Below are positions 28,910-39,719 of a DNA stretch of 64,000 bases, in pieces. This DNA is from an uncultured Verrucomicrobiae bacterium (GTDB lineage: Bacteria; Verrucomicrobiota; Verrucomicrobiia; Chthoniobacterales; JAATET01), in assembly GCA_963719495.1 (NCBI GenBank), contig CAVRCI010000013.1, positions 224,001 through 288,000 on the forward strand, in the 5' to 3' direction. The notes beneath the pieces were generated by a model. It was not told the DNA's origin. It did no database searches and saw only the letters and a list, made by a program, of their open reading frames with translations. The position numbers were made by a program, and so were the translations under genes. How positions within the stretch are numbered: the first letter of the stretch is position 1; every line of letters begins with the position of its first letter.

Positions 28910-30123
28910 GTATCCTGTAACGACTAAAGCTGCGGATATAACCGTCTCAATTTGACCCGCGCGTCGGCGGTGGTGAAGCGCCACGAAGTGGTGCGGGCGG
29001 CTTCGTTCCGGGCGGCCTCCCAAGCCGCGACTTCCGAGCGCAGCGTTTCAATGTTAGGAATGCGACGATTCAGGCATTGGGACTGAAGGACACTGAACTC
29101 GATCTCGGCGACATTGAGCCAACTGCCATGTTTTGGGGTGTAGTGGATCTCAAGGCGTTGGGCCAGTCGGCGAGCTTCCTGGGGAGGGAAGGCTTCGTAG
29201 AGCGAAGCGATGTTGTGCGTATTGAGGTTGTCCATGACCAAGCGCACCTTGGTCGCGTGGGGATAGCGTTCGTCGAGCATGCTGCGAATGAACTGAGCCC
29301 ATTGGATGCGGGTGCGGCGCTCGGTGATTTCCAGATGTCTGCGTCCGCCCAGCGGCTCGACTTCGAGGAAGATTTCGGCCACGCCGTTGCGGACGTATTC
29401 GTGGTCTTCGATCCGCGCCCTGCCGGGAGCGCTGGCGATGGGCGCGTGGACTTCGCCAACGAGTTGCTTGCTCGACTCATCCATACAGACGAGGGGGAAG
29501 CGCGCATCGTAGGGTGCGTGATAGAGTTCGAGAACGTCCTCCATGCAAGCAACGAAAGCGGCGCTGCCGTCTGGAGGGATCTTCCAATATTTGCTCAGAT
29601 GAGGGCGTAATTCGTTTTTTTTAGAGACCGCTGAATGGTCATCGTCGAAACGCTGGGGGCAATCTTGAGTTCCACGACTTTGTCGGCGAGAAGACGGACG
29701 GTCCACCGGGCGCGTCCATCGGGAGGATCGGAGCACGCCAAGGCGGTCACCCTCGCGTCAAAGGCTCCATCGAAGGTAATCCTCGGAGGACCGGTTCTCG
29801 GCTTGCGTCCAAGCGCTGCCTCCAACCCATCCTCCACGAAGCGCTCCTTGATGTGTTCGACGGTGCGAACGCCGATCCCCAGAGCACTGGCGACATCCGC
29901 CACCCTCCACACTGTTCTACCTGGCGCGTGCTCGCCAACGTCGCAAAGTAAAAGTGTTCGAGCATGCACATATCGCCTGGCGTCGGTTTTGGAAGTCCGG
30001 CCCAGCGCGCTCAAATACTCACGTTCGGACTCGGTTAAAGTGATGCGGTATCGATTTGCCATCCACCCACATACCGCTCCGATGAGCGCGACTCAATACG
30101 CAATATAGCGCGTTACAGGATAC
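28910..30123 (-). mobile_element. IS630-family insertion sequence in a CTAG target (TA duplicated)
   Basis: TA|GTATCCTGTAACG ... CGTTACAGGATAC|TA; two overlapping transposase ORFs. Confidence 0.92.
28924..30062 (-). CDS. IS630 transposase (orfA HTH 29595-30062 joined to orfB DDE by a -1 frameshift at A8, 29615-29622)
   Basis: orfA RWTVRLLA..QRSLKK; orfB KKNELRPH, CMDE, VMDNLNTH and YTPKHGSWLNVAEIE. Confidence 0.9.
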
Positions 30124-30231
30124 TAGCGCCCGTCTGATCTTCAAACCATATCGTCTCCCGAGGCCGAGGCTCCCACCGAGCCGTTACCTTTCGAGCGAAC
30201 CTCACGCGCTTCCGCCCGCTCCAGACGCGAA

Positions 30232-30261
30232 AAGACCCACTCCGAAACCGGAGCGGGCCTT
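30232..30261 (-). terminator. Terminator of the RRM gene
   Basis: AAGACCCACTCCG-AAA-CCGGAGCGGGCCTT hairpin with a T-tract on the minus strand. Confidence 0.55.
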
Positions 30262-30285
30262 CCCGATTAAATCGAAGTCGCTGGA

Positions 30286-30651
30286 TTAGTAACGGCCGCC
30301 ACGGTCGCCACCACGGCCACCACGATCCCGGTCGCCGCCGCGACCACCGCCGCCGCCTCCGCCACCCTTGTAGCCGCCACCGCCGCCGCCCGGAGGACGG
30401 TCCTCGCGGGGACGAGCCTCGCTCACGCGAAGGGGACGTCCGTCCATGTCTTCGCCGTCGAGCTTCTCGACCGCGGCTCCCGCCTCGGCGTCGGAGCCCA
30501 TGGTGATGAAGCCAAAACCGCGCGAGCGGCCGGTTTCACGATCGGTGACGATCTGCACGGAAGAGACCGTGCCGCATTGTTGAAAGATTTCTTCCAGCTC
30601 GGACTCGGTGGTCTGATAGGAAAGGTTTGCTACGTAAAGTCGGTTGCCCAT
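30286..30651 (-). CDS. RRM (RNP-1) RNA-binding protein with a Gly/RGG tail
   Basis: LYVANL (RNP2) and RGFGFITM (RNP1) motifs. Confidence 0.93.
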   Translation of the reverse strand: MGNRLYVANLSYQTTESELEEIFQQCGTVSSVQIVTDRETGRSRGFGFITMGSDAEAGAAVEKLDGEDMDGRPLRVSEARPREDRPPGGGGGGYKGGGGGGGGRGGDRDRGGRGGDRGGRY

Positions 30652-30881
30652 TGCTGAATAAGTGATGTGTGTTTGTGTTCGGTCCCGATCGCTCGGGCTT
30701 CACATCGGTTGATTCATTCAACGGTGACGGTCGGCCTGGGAACTGGAGTTGAGGGTTGGAGATAGTGAGGATTCGATCTGATTGCAATAGAAAAATCGCG
30801 CTCTTCGGAATGAATTTCGCTTCCGCCGGTCAACACACCAGGATTGATCCGCCACCAACTCCCGATCATCCTCCACCGCCC

Positions 30882-31679
30882 ATGCCGGATCCCACCGCCA
30901 CCGCCTTCCTCCTGCGAGGCGACCAATTCGAACCCACCACCGGGATTCCGCCGACGGATCGCGGCTTCCGCTACGGCATGTCGGTCTTCGAAACCATCGC
31001 GATCCACCGGGGCAAGCCGCTCTTCCTGGAGGCACATTTCGAACGCTTCGAACGGTCCGCGGCTTCGTTCGCACCGGACCCAGTCTGGCGCGAGGCCGCG
31101 GCCCAGCTGCTCGCCAGCCCACCCGCCACCGAGGGCGTCATCCGCCTCTACATCACCGCGGGTAACGGATTTCCCAGCGATCCAATCACCGCCCCCCGCA
31201 TCCTCGCGCTGGCCGAAACCCAATCCCTCGAACCCGGCCCACCCACCACCTGCCGCACGATCGCCTTCGATCCCCAACCCCTCCCCGCTGTCAAAACGGG
31301 AAACTACTGGCCGCACATCGCCGCCCTCCAGCGAGCCCGCCTCGCCGGAGCCGACGAGGCCATCCTCACCACCCGCGAAGGACGTATGATCTCCGCCAGC
31401 ATGGGCAACGTCTTCTTCATCACCAACGACACCCTCGTCACGCCGCCGCTCGCCGACGGCCCGCGCGATGGGGTGGTCCGTGCCTGGATCTCCGAAAAAT
31501 TCCCCACCGCCGAACGAACGATCACCCGCGCCGACCTCCCCACCCTCGATGCCGCCTTCATCACGAACAGCCGCGTCGGCATCCGCGAGATCGCCCGCAT
31601 CGACGACCGCCCCTTCCCCCCGTTGCCCCTCGTCGCCCGAATCGCCGCAACCTACCGCTCCGAGATCCTCCGTGCGTAA
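30882..31679 (+). CDS. Class IV aminotransferase / aminodeoxychorismate lyase-like protein
   Basis: DRGFRYGMSVFET, KTGNY, NVFF, GVVR and FITNS motifs. Confidence 0.85.
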   Translation: MPDPTATAFLLRGDQFEPTTGIPPTDRGFRYGMSVFETIAIHRGKPLFLEAHFERFERSAASFAPDPVWREAAAQLLASPPATEGVIRLYITAGNGFPSDPITAPRILALAETQSLEPGPPTTCRTIAFDPQPLPAVKTGNYWPHIAALQRARLAGADEAILTTREGRMISASMGNVFFITNDTLVTPPLADGPRDGVVRAWISEKFPTAERTITRADLPTLDAAFITNSRVGIREIARIDDRPFPPLPLVARIAATYRSEILRA

Positions 31680-34600
31680 AGAAACCACCGACCCCCTTGC
31701 CGCCATCGACGCCGCTCTCGGATCGAAAATCGAAAATCGAGAATCGAGAATCGGCCAAGTCGTCCCCGCGGCCCAACCCGCCGTCGCCGCCGTCCTCATC
31801 CGCCGCCACCCGAAGACCACCGTCTGGATCGTCTGCCCCGACGCCCGACGTCAGGAGGAAGTCGCCGCCGACTTCCTCGCCTGGGGCGCCGACCCGGTCC
31901 TCTTCCCCGAACTCGAACAAATCACCGACACCGAAGGCCTCGCCGACCCCGAAATTCTCTCCGAGCGCCTCGAAATCCTCGGCCGCCTCGCCACCGGCGA
32001 GAAGCTCCGCCTCGTCCTGACCGCCGACCAGCTCGAAGCCCCCGTCCCCGCCCCCGACACCTTCCGCCGCCACGCCCTCACCCTCGCCGTCGGCCAGCGC
32101 CACGACGTCCCCGCCCTCGAAGCCACCCTCGCCAAAGACGGCTACGAATCCGTTCCAAAAATCTTCAGCCGCGGCCAATTCGCCCGCCGCGGCGGCATCC
32201 TCGACGTCTTCTCCTGGCAGCACAGCCAGCCAATCCGCGTCGAATTCTTCGACGAAGACATCGAATCCATCCGTAGCTTCCACCTCGACAGCCAGGTCTC
32301 GATCGAAAACCACCAAACCTGCGAAATCCTCACCGGCGACACCGAGAAAAAGCACGTCCCCCTCGCCACCTACCAAAAACCAAAAGACCTAACCATCCAC
32401 CTCGACCCGGAAAACGAAGCTGCCGAAGGCATCATCATCACCCAATCCGAAATCCGAAATCCGAAATCCAAAATCGAATTCCACCCCCCCGGCATCGACG
32501 TCTTCGAGGCCGGCGATCTCGTCATCAACGAAGCCAAGCGCCGCCGCTTCTTCGATCAGATCAACGAGTGGACCCGCGCCAAATGGACCGTCGTCCTCGT
32601 CTGCAACAACGAAGGCGAGTGGGAACGCTTCTCCGAACTCGCGCGCGACAACGGCGTCGACCCCAAGACCCTCCACTTCCGCGAAGGCAGCCTCATCGCC
32701 GGCTTCACCTGCCCCGCAGCCCGCCTCGCCATCCTCTCCGACGCCGAGATCTTCGGTCGTTCCGCCAGCCAGCGCTCCCGCCGCCAATGGATCCGCCGCG
32801 AGCGAGCCGCCGCCGCCCGCGGCGGCATGGACTACACCGAGTTCGAACCCGGCGACCTCGTCGTCCACCTCGACCACGGCATCGGCCGCTTCGAAGGCAT
32901 CACCACCAATCACCAATCACCAGTCACTGATCACACGCAACCGGCCGAAACAGCGCTGATCATCGAGTTCGCCAACGACAGCAAACTCTACGTCCCCCTC
33001 GACCAAGCCTGGCAGGTCTCCCGTTACGTCGGCCTCGGCAAACGCAACCCCGCCCTCTCCGTCCTCGGCGACGGCAAATGGCAGCGCGCCATGAAGAAAG
33101 CCGAGCGCTCCATCTTCGAATACGCCACCACCATGCTCCGCCTCCAGGCCGAGCGCGACACCAGCGTCGGCCACGCCTTCGGACCCGACACCCAGTGGCA
33201 GCACGAGTTCGAGAACGCCTTCGTCTACCAGCCCACCGTCGACCAACTCCGCGCCATCGAAGAGACCAAGCTCGACCTCGAAGCCGAGCGCCCCACCGAT
33301 CGCCTCATCTGCGGCGACGTCGGGTTCGGCAAAACCGAAGTCGCCATCCGCGCCATCTTCAAAGCCGTCATGGGCGGCAAACAAGCCGCCTTCCTCGCCC
33401 CCACGACCGTCCTCGCCCAGCAGCACGCGCAGACCCTCCGCGAGCGCATGAGCGAGTATCCCGTCACCGTCGAATCCCTCCACCGCTTCCGCACGAAAGC
33501 CGAGCAAACCGCCACCGTCCGCGGCCTCGCCAACGGCACCGTCGACGTCGTCGTCGGCACCCACCGCCTCCTGAGCGAGGACGTCATCTTCAAAGACCTC
33601 GGCCTCGTCGTCGTCGACGAAGAGCAGCGCTTCGGCGTCCGGCACAAGGAGATTCTCAAGGACCGCTTCCGCCTCATCGACGTCCTCACCCTCTCCGCCA
33701 CCCCCATCCCCCGCACCCTCTACCTCGCCCTCATGGGCGCGCGCGACATGTCCCTTATCGAGACACCGCCGCCGAATCGCCAGCCCGTCGAGACCACCAT
33801 CTGCGCCTACGACGAACGCATCATGCGCGACGCCATCGTCCGCGAACTCAAGCGCGGCGGCCAGGTCTACCTCCTCCACAACCGCGTCCGCACCATCGAC
33901 AAACTCGCCGCCCGCATCGTCGAACTCGTCCCCCACGCCCGCGTCGCCGTCGGCCACGGCCAGATGGGCGAGCACGAACTCGAACCCATCATGCGCAGCT
34001 TCATCGCCGGCGACATCGACGTCCTCGTCTCCACCACCATCATCGAATCCGGCCTCGATATCCCGAACGCCAACACCATCCTCATCGACCGCGCCGACCG
34101 CTTCGGCCTCGCGGACCTCTACCAACTCCGCGGCCGCGTCGGCCGCTCCCACCACAAAGCCTACGCCTACCTCCTCCTCCCGCGGGAACTCATGACCGCC
34201 ACCGGCGACGCCCGCAAGCGCGTCCAGGCCATCAAGCAATACAGCGAACTCGGAGCCGGCTTCAAAATCGCCATGCGCGACCTCGAGATCCGCGGCGCCG
34301 GCAACATCCTCGGCACCGCGCAGTCCGGTCACATCCTCGCCGTCGGCTTCGATCTCTACTGCAAAATGCTCAAGCGCTCCGTCGCGACCCTCCAAGGCAC
34401 CAAATCCGGATCCGCCACCCTCGCCACCGCCCGCCTAGACTTCGTAGCCACCTCGGAGTCCGAGTTCCTCGCCGACCCGCCGCCGAAGGCGACCACCTCA
34501 CCCACCAATCACCAGTCACCAGTCACCAATCACGTCACCAAACTCCCCGCCTTCCTCCCCACCCGCTTCATCACCGAGCCCCACGCCCGCATCGAGGCCT

Positions 34601-34908
34601 ACAGGAAGCTCGCCGACGCCCCCGACCGTCCCGGCCTTTCTGCCCTCCGCGCCGAATGGGCCGACCGCTACGGCCCCCCGCCCCCCGCCGTCGACCACCT
34701 CCTCACCCTCCACCACATCCGCTTCGCCGCCGCCACCGCCCGCATTCGCTCCGTCGAGACCCGCGACGACAAGCTCATGCTCATGCCCAAAGGCCAATCC
34801 GGCGACTACGTCCTCTTCGGCAAAAAGTTCCCCCGCTTGACTTCGACCACCCCCGAAAATAAGTTGCGCGAGGTTTTGACGTTCCTGGAAAAACGCCTCT
34901 CCGCATGA
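31672..34908 (+). CDS. mfd: Transcription-repair coupling factor
   Basis: RGGILDVF, VVHLDHGIG (RID), GDVGFGKTE, DEEQRFG, QLRGRVGR, MRDLEIRGAG and TRCF domain; GTG start inferred. Confidence 0.95.
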   Translation: MRKETTDPLAAIDAALGSKIENRESRIGQVVPAAQPAVAAVLIRRHPKTTVWIVCPDARRQEEVAADFLAWGADPVLFPELEQITDTEGLADPEILSERLEILGRLATGEKLRLVLTADQLEAPVPAPDTFRRHALTLAVGQRHDVPALEATLAKDGYESVPKIFSRGQFARRGGILDVFSWQHSQPIRVEFFDEDIESIRSFHLDSQVSIENHQTCEILTGDTEKKHVPLATYQKPKDLTIHLDPENEAAEGIIITQSEIRNPKSKIEFHPPGIDVFEAGDLVINEAKRRRFFDQINEWTRAKWTVVLVCNNEGEWERFSELARDNGVDPKTLHFREGSLIAGFTCPAARLAILSDAEIFGRSASQRSRRQWIRRERAAAARGGMDYTEFEPGDLVVHLDHGIGRFEGITTNHQSPVTDHTQPAETALIIEFANDSKLYVPLDQAWQVSRYVGLGKRNPALSVLGDGKWQRAMKKAERSIFEYATTMLRLQAERDTSVGHAFGPDTQWQHEFENAFVYQPTVDQLRAIEETKLDLEAERPTDRLICGDVGFGKTEVAIRAIFKAVMGGKQAAFLAPTTVLAQQHAQTLRERMSEYPVTVESLHRFRTKAEQTATVRGLANGTVDVVVGTHRLLSEDVIFKDLGLVVVDEEQRFGVRHKEILKDRFRLIDVLTLSATPIPRTLYLALMGARDMSLIETPPPNRQPVETTICAYDERIMRDAIVRELKRGGQVYLLHNRVRTIDKLAARIVELVPHARVAVGHGQMGEHELEPIMRSFIAGDIDVLVSTTIIESGLDIPNANTILIDRADRFGLADLYQLRGRVGRSHHKAYAYLLLPRELMTATGDARKRVQAIKQYSELGAGFKIAMRDLEIRGAGNILGTAQSGHILAVGFDLYCKMLKRSVATLQGTKSGSATLATARLDFVATSESEFLADPPPKATTSPTNHQSPVTNHVTKLPAFLPTRFITEPHARIEAYRKLADAPDRPGLSALRAEWADRYGPPPPAVDHLLTLHHIRFAAATARIRSVETRDDKLMLMPKGQSGDYVLFGKKFPRLTSTTPENKLREVLTFLEKRLSA

Positions 34909-35876
34909 AAAAATTCCTCGCCGCCATGGCCCTGACGGCAGCCATTTTCGCCCCCGAGACCGTCCGCGCCCAAGCCGAGGTCGTCGACGGCATCGCCGCC
35001 GTCGTCAACGGCGAGGTCATCACCTACTCCCAGGTCCGCGAGCTCATCGGGACCCGCGAACGCGCCCTCCGCGACGCCTACTCCGGCGAAGAACTCGAGA
35101 ACAAGATCAAGGAAACCCGCCTCGCCGCGCTGAAAGACCTCATCGACCGCCAGCTCATCCTCCAGGAGTTCAAAGGCAAGGAACTCAACATCCCCGACTA
35201 CCTCATCGACGACCGCGTGAAGACCATCGTCCGCGAGGAATTCGGCGGCGACCGGGCCGCCTTCGTCCGCACCCTCAAGAGCCAGGGCTACACCGTCACG
35301 AAGTTCAAAGAGGTCGAGAAAGACAAGATCATCGTCCAGGCCATGCGCCAGACGTTCGTCAAAGACGACTTCGTCATCTCGCCGAACCAAATCCAAGGCT
35401 ACTACGACAAAAACAAGGAGGGCTACTCCACCCCCGAGCAAATCAAGCTCCGCATGATCGTCCTCCGCGAAGGCGGCGGCGACGGCCTCCCCGGCGGCGA
35501 GCAGGCCATGGCCGAAGAAATCCGCACCAAACTCGTCGACGGCACCAGCTTCGACACCCTCGCCCAAATGTATTCCGAAGACGAAGTCACGAGAGACACC
35601 GGCGGCGACTGGGGCTGGATCGACAAAAAGACGCTCAGCGAACCCCTGACCAACGCCGCCTTCGCCCTCCGCGCCGGCGAGATCAGCGACGTTCTCAATC
35701 TCGGCAACAGCTACTACATCATGATGGTCGAAGCCCGAAAAAACAGCTCCGTCAAATCCATCAGCGACGTCCGCGACGAGATCGAGCAAAACCTCATCCA
35801 GCAGGAAAAAGGCAAACGGGTGCAGCAGTGGCTCGACACCCTAAGGGAGCAAGCCTACATCAAAATTTTCAGCTAG
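34905..35876 (+). CDS. SurA-like periplasmic chaperone / parvulin PPIase
   Basis: Signal peptide, VDGIAAVVNGEVIT, FDTLAQMYSED..GGDWGW; followed by pdxA. Confidence 0.85.
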   Translation: MKKFLAAMALTAAIFAPETVRAQAEVVDGIAAVVNGEVITYSQVRELIGTRERALRDAYSGEELENKIKETRLAALKDLIDRQLILQEFKGKELNIPDYLIDDRVKTIVREEFGGDRAAFVRTLKSQGYTVTKFKEVEKDKIIVQAMRQTFVKDDFVISPNQIQGYYDKNKEGYSTPEQIKLRMIVLREGGGDGLPGGEQAMAEEIRTKLVDGTSFDTLAQMYSEDEVTRDTGGDWGWIDKKTLSEPLTNAAFALRAGEISDVLNLGNSYYIMMVEARKNSSVKSISDVRDEIEQNLIQQEKGKRVQQWLDTLREQAYIKIFS

Positions 35877-35998
35877 GGGAGCGCGCGCGTCCCGCGTGCG
35901 AGATGCGGCGTCCCGCCGCATACCATCGGCAATTCGAGCGAAGCGAGAGAGCCGACCGCATTCCACCACTCACAATTCACCAGTCACGAATCACCCCT
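35877..35998. repeat. REP family A copy plus heptamer repeat
   Basis: GGGAGCGCGCGCGTCCCGCGTGCGAG...; CACAATT CACCAGT CACGAAT. Confidence 0.7.
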
Positions 35999-36000
35999 CA

Positions 36001-36879
<879 letters not shown>

Positions 36880-36953
36880 AAGTGAGACGAAAAACAAGGA
36901 CTGCATTGTATTTTCACCCCCTTCCATTCCTACCCCCCTTCATGGTCTAAAAA

Positions 36954-37586
36954 TCAAGCCGCCACCCGCACCACCTCGACCTCGCGGAACCGAAACCGCT
37001 CCGCATACTTCCCACCGTTGAGCTTCCGGCAGCACTTCAGGCACGCGATCCGCCCCTTCGGACGCCGCACCCGCGCGATCACCGCCAGGCAAGCCGGACA
37101 TTGATACGCATACTTCCGCGTCATCCGCCGTGGCTTAAACGGCAGGGTGTGACACCGAGCCTCCCCAACGATCCCGAGATCCGCGCACGCCGCCCGCCAT
37201 TCCGGTCCGTGCGGTGAGATCCGCCGCCGTCCCACCCGCTCCTGCGCCACGAGATGGGCCAACTCGTGACGCAACGTCGTCTGCACCTCCGCCGCCGAGA
37301 CTTCGATCAGCTTCGGATTGAGCGTCACCCGCCGCGTTCGCCAGCACGCCGTCCCCGCCGTCGTCCGCATCCGCGGGTTCCAGCAGACGCTCACCACCTT
37401 CGCCAAAGCCGGACACCCCACCTGCCGCAACAAGACCCGCGAAACCTCCTCCAGGATCGGGTCACTCCGCAGAGCAGCCTCCCGGGCCCGAGCCAGCGGA
37501 CTCGCGGGCCTTTCGCGAAGCGCCTCGATCTTCGTCAGCAGATTGCGCCCGAATTCGAACGCCATCTGCTTCGTCGCCACCTTCAC
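36954..37586 (-). CDS. SprT-like zinc metalloprotease
   Basis: WNPRMRTTAG, HELAH, PHGPEW and a C-terminal Zn ribbon; GTGA coupling to iscS. Confidence 0.85.
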   Translation of the reverse strand: MKVATKQMAFEFGRNLLTKIEALRERPASPLARAREAALRSDPILEEVSRVLLRQVGCPALAKVVSVCWNPRMRTTAGTACWRTRRVTLNPKLIEVSAAEVQTTLRHELAHLVAQERVGRRRISPHGPEWRAACADLGIVGEARCHTLPFKPRRMTRKYAYQCPACLAVIARVRRPKGRIACLKCCRKLNGGKYAERFRFREVEVVRVAA

Positions 37587-38728
37587 GCCGCCACCTCCTG
37601 CCGCTCCAGCACCCGGCCCAACGCCCCCACCGCCCGCTCGATCTCCATTTCCGTCGTCATTTTTCCGAGCGAGAATCGCACCGTCGCCTGCGCCACGTCC
37701 ATCGGCACTCCCATCGCGAGAAGCACGTGCGACGGCATCACCGATCCCACCATGCACGCCGACCCGCTCGACACCGCCACGCCCTCGAGGTCCAACCCAA
37801 TGAGCAACGTCTCGCCGTCCGCCCCCGGGAAACTCACGTTCAGCGTGTTTCCCAGCGTCTCCGCCCCCGACCCATTCCACCGTGCCCCGGGCGCAATCTC
37901 CCGAATCCCCGCCCAGAGCCGATCCCGCAGCCCCGCCTCCCGCCGCTGCTCCACCTCGAAATCCCGCACCGCCAGCTCCGCCGCCACGACCATCCCGACG
38001 ATCGCCGCCACGTTCTCCGTCCCGGGTCGCCGCTGATTCTCGTGAAATCCGCCGAAATGCAGCGTCGTCAACGGCACCCCCGCTTCCAGAAACAGCACAC
38101 CCGCCCCCTTCGGCCCGTAAAATTTATGCCCCGCGAAGCTCGCCGCCGTCAAACCCCGCACCGCCACCGGCAATTTCCCAAACGACTGCACCATGTCGCT
38201 GTGAAACGCCACCCCCGCCCCCCCAGCCCCGCGCACGATCTCGGCAATCTCAGCCACCGGCTGGATCGTCCCCGTCTCGTTGTTGGCCGACATCACGCTC
38301 ACCAACGTCGTGTCCGACCGCAACGCCGCCCGCACGTCCGCCGGATCGACCAAGCCCTCCGCGTCCACCCGCAACCGCGTCACCTCATACCCCTCGTGCT
38401 TCTCCAGGTAGTCGAACGCGTGCAGCACCGCGTGGTGCTCCGTCGCGACGGTCACCACGTGCTTACCCTCGGCCGCCCGACTCCGCGCGAGACCCAGAAT
38501 CGCCAGATTGTCCGATTCCGTCCCGCCGCCCGTGAAGATCACCTCGTGCGGCTTCACGCCCAGCAGCCCCGCGAAGCGATCCCGCGCGTCGTCCACCGCC
38601 GACCGCGCCCGTCGACCGATCCCGTGAATGCTCGACGCGTTTCCGTATTCCGCCCCCAGAAACGGCAGCATCGCCTCGAGCGCCTCGGGCGCGAGCGGCG
38701 TCGTCGCGTTGCAGTCTAGATAACCCAT
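37583..38728 (-). CDS. iscS: Cysteine desulfurase (IscS/NifS type)
   Basis: YLDCNATT, NNETG, HKFYGPKG and SSGSAC motifs. Confidence 0.9.
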   Translation of the reverse strand: MGYLDCNATTPLAPEALEAMLPFLGAEYGNASSIHGIGRRARSAVDDARDRFAGLLGVKPHEVIFTGGGTESDNLAILGLARSRAAEGKHVVTVATEHHAVLHAFDYLEKHEGYEVTRLRVDAEGLVDPADVRAALRSDTTLVSVMSANNETGTIQPVAEIAEIVRGAGGAGVAFHSDMVQSFGKLPVAVRGLTAASFAGHKFYGPKGAGVLFLEAGVPLTTLHFGGFHENQRRPGTENVAAIVGMVVAAELAVRDFEVEQRREAGLRDRLWAGIREIAPGARWNGSGAETLGNTLNVSFPGADGETLLIGLDLEGVAVSSGSACMVGSVMPSHVLLAMGVPMDVAQATVRFSLGKMTTEMEIERAVGALGRVLERQEVAA

Positions 38729-39624
38729 ACCAAGGCATCCTCGCCCCTCGGCTCGTGTTTTTCCAAAATTTTGAGCTGCTTCTCCTCGTAACTCACCAGC
38801 GACCGCGGCGGCACGCTGTGCGTGAGAAAAACGTTCGCCCCGATCGTGCTCCCGGCCCCCACCACGGTGTCGCCGCCCATGATCGTCGTCCCGGCGTAAA
38901 TCGTCACCCCGTTCTCCACCGTCGGATGCCGCCGCTTCCCCCGCAACGCCTGCCCGCCCGCCAGCGACCGTCCGATGAGCGCCACGCCCTGATACAATTT
39001 CACTCGATCCCCAAGCACGCTCGTCTCGCCAATCACGACGCCGGTCCCGTGATCGATGAAGAAGTGCGTCCCAATCTGCGCGCCCGGATGAATGTCGATC
39101 CCGGTCCGCCCGTGCGCCCACTCCGTCATCATCCGCGGCAGCAGCGGCACCCCCGCCGCGTAGAGCCGGTGAACCGACCGCTGGATCGCGATCGTCTCCA
39201 CGAATGGATACGAGAGAATGATCTCCTCCAGATTGAGCGCCGCCGGATCCCCCTCGAACGCCGCCTCGATGTCCGTCTGCAGCAACCGCCGAATCTCCGG
39301 CAATTCGCTCAAAAAGCCCGCCGTGATCCGATGCGCGCGCGCCCTCGGGCAATCCGGATCGTCCGTCCGCATGCTCTTGCACACCTCCTCCCCCAGCCGC
39401 TCGGCCAGACTCTCCACCCGCCCCGCCGTCAGCTCCCGCAGCCGGTCGCCCGCCACCGGATTCTCATCGTGAAAGCCCGGAAAAAGGATCTGCAAAAGAT
39501 CCTCGCAGATCGAAGCCACCGCCCGCTTCGACGGCAGATTCAGCCCGTCCGTGTTGTTGAGCCCCCCGACCTCCGCGTAGGAAGCCAGCACACTCTCAAC
39601 GACGCTCTCGACCGACGGCTCCAT
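38716..39624 (-). CDS. cysE: Serine O-acetyltransferase
   Basis: GDPAA, GIDIHPGA, FFIDHGTGVVIGET and RHPT motifs. Confidence 0.9.
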   Translation of the reverse strand: MEPSVESVVESVLASYAEVGGLNNTDGLNLPSKRAVASICEDLLQILFPGFHDENPVAGDRLRELTAGRVESLAERLGEEVCKSMRTDDPDCPRARAHRITAGFLSELPEIRRLLQTDIEAAFEGDPAALNLEEIILSYPFVETIAIQRSVHRLYAAGVPLLPRMMTEWAHGRTGIDIHPGAQIGTHFFIDHGTGVVIGETSVLGDRVKLYQGVALIGRSLAGGQALRGKRRHPTVENGVTIYAGTTIMGGDTVVGAGSTIGANVFLTHSVPPRSLVSYEEKQLKILEKHEPRGEDALVWVI

Positions 39625-39719
39625 AACTCAGTCCCCACTATCGACACCCGCCCGCCCCTGTCCAGCCCGGGGGGCAGGCATCCTGCCTGCGCCACCAAAC
39701 TCACCGAAGCCGCATTCCC

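Noticed and set aside
28736..30210. A gene interrupted by IS630
   Set aside because: Rejoining the flanks gives only short, unrecognisable reading frames that run into a REP
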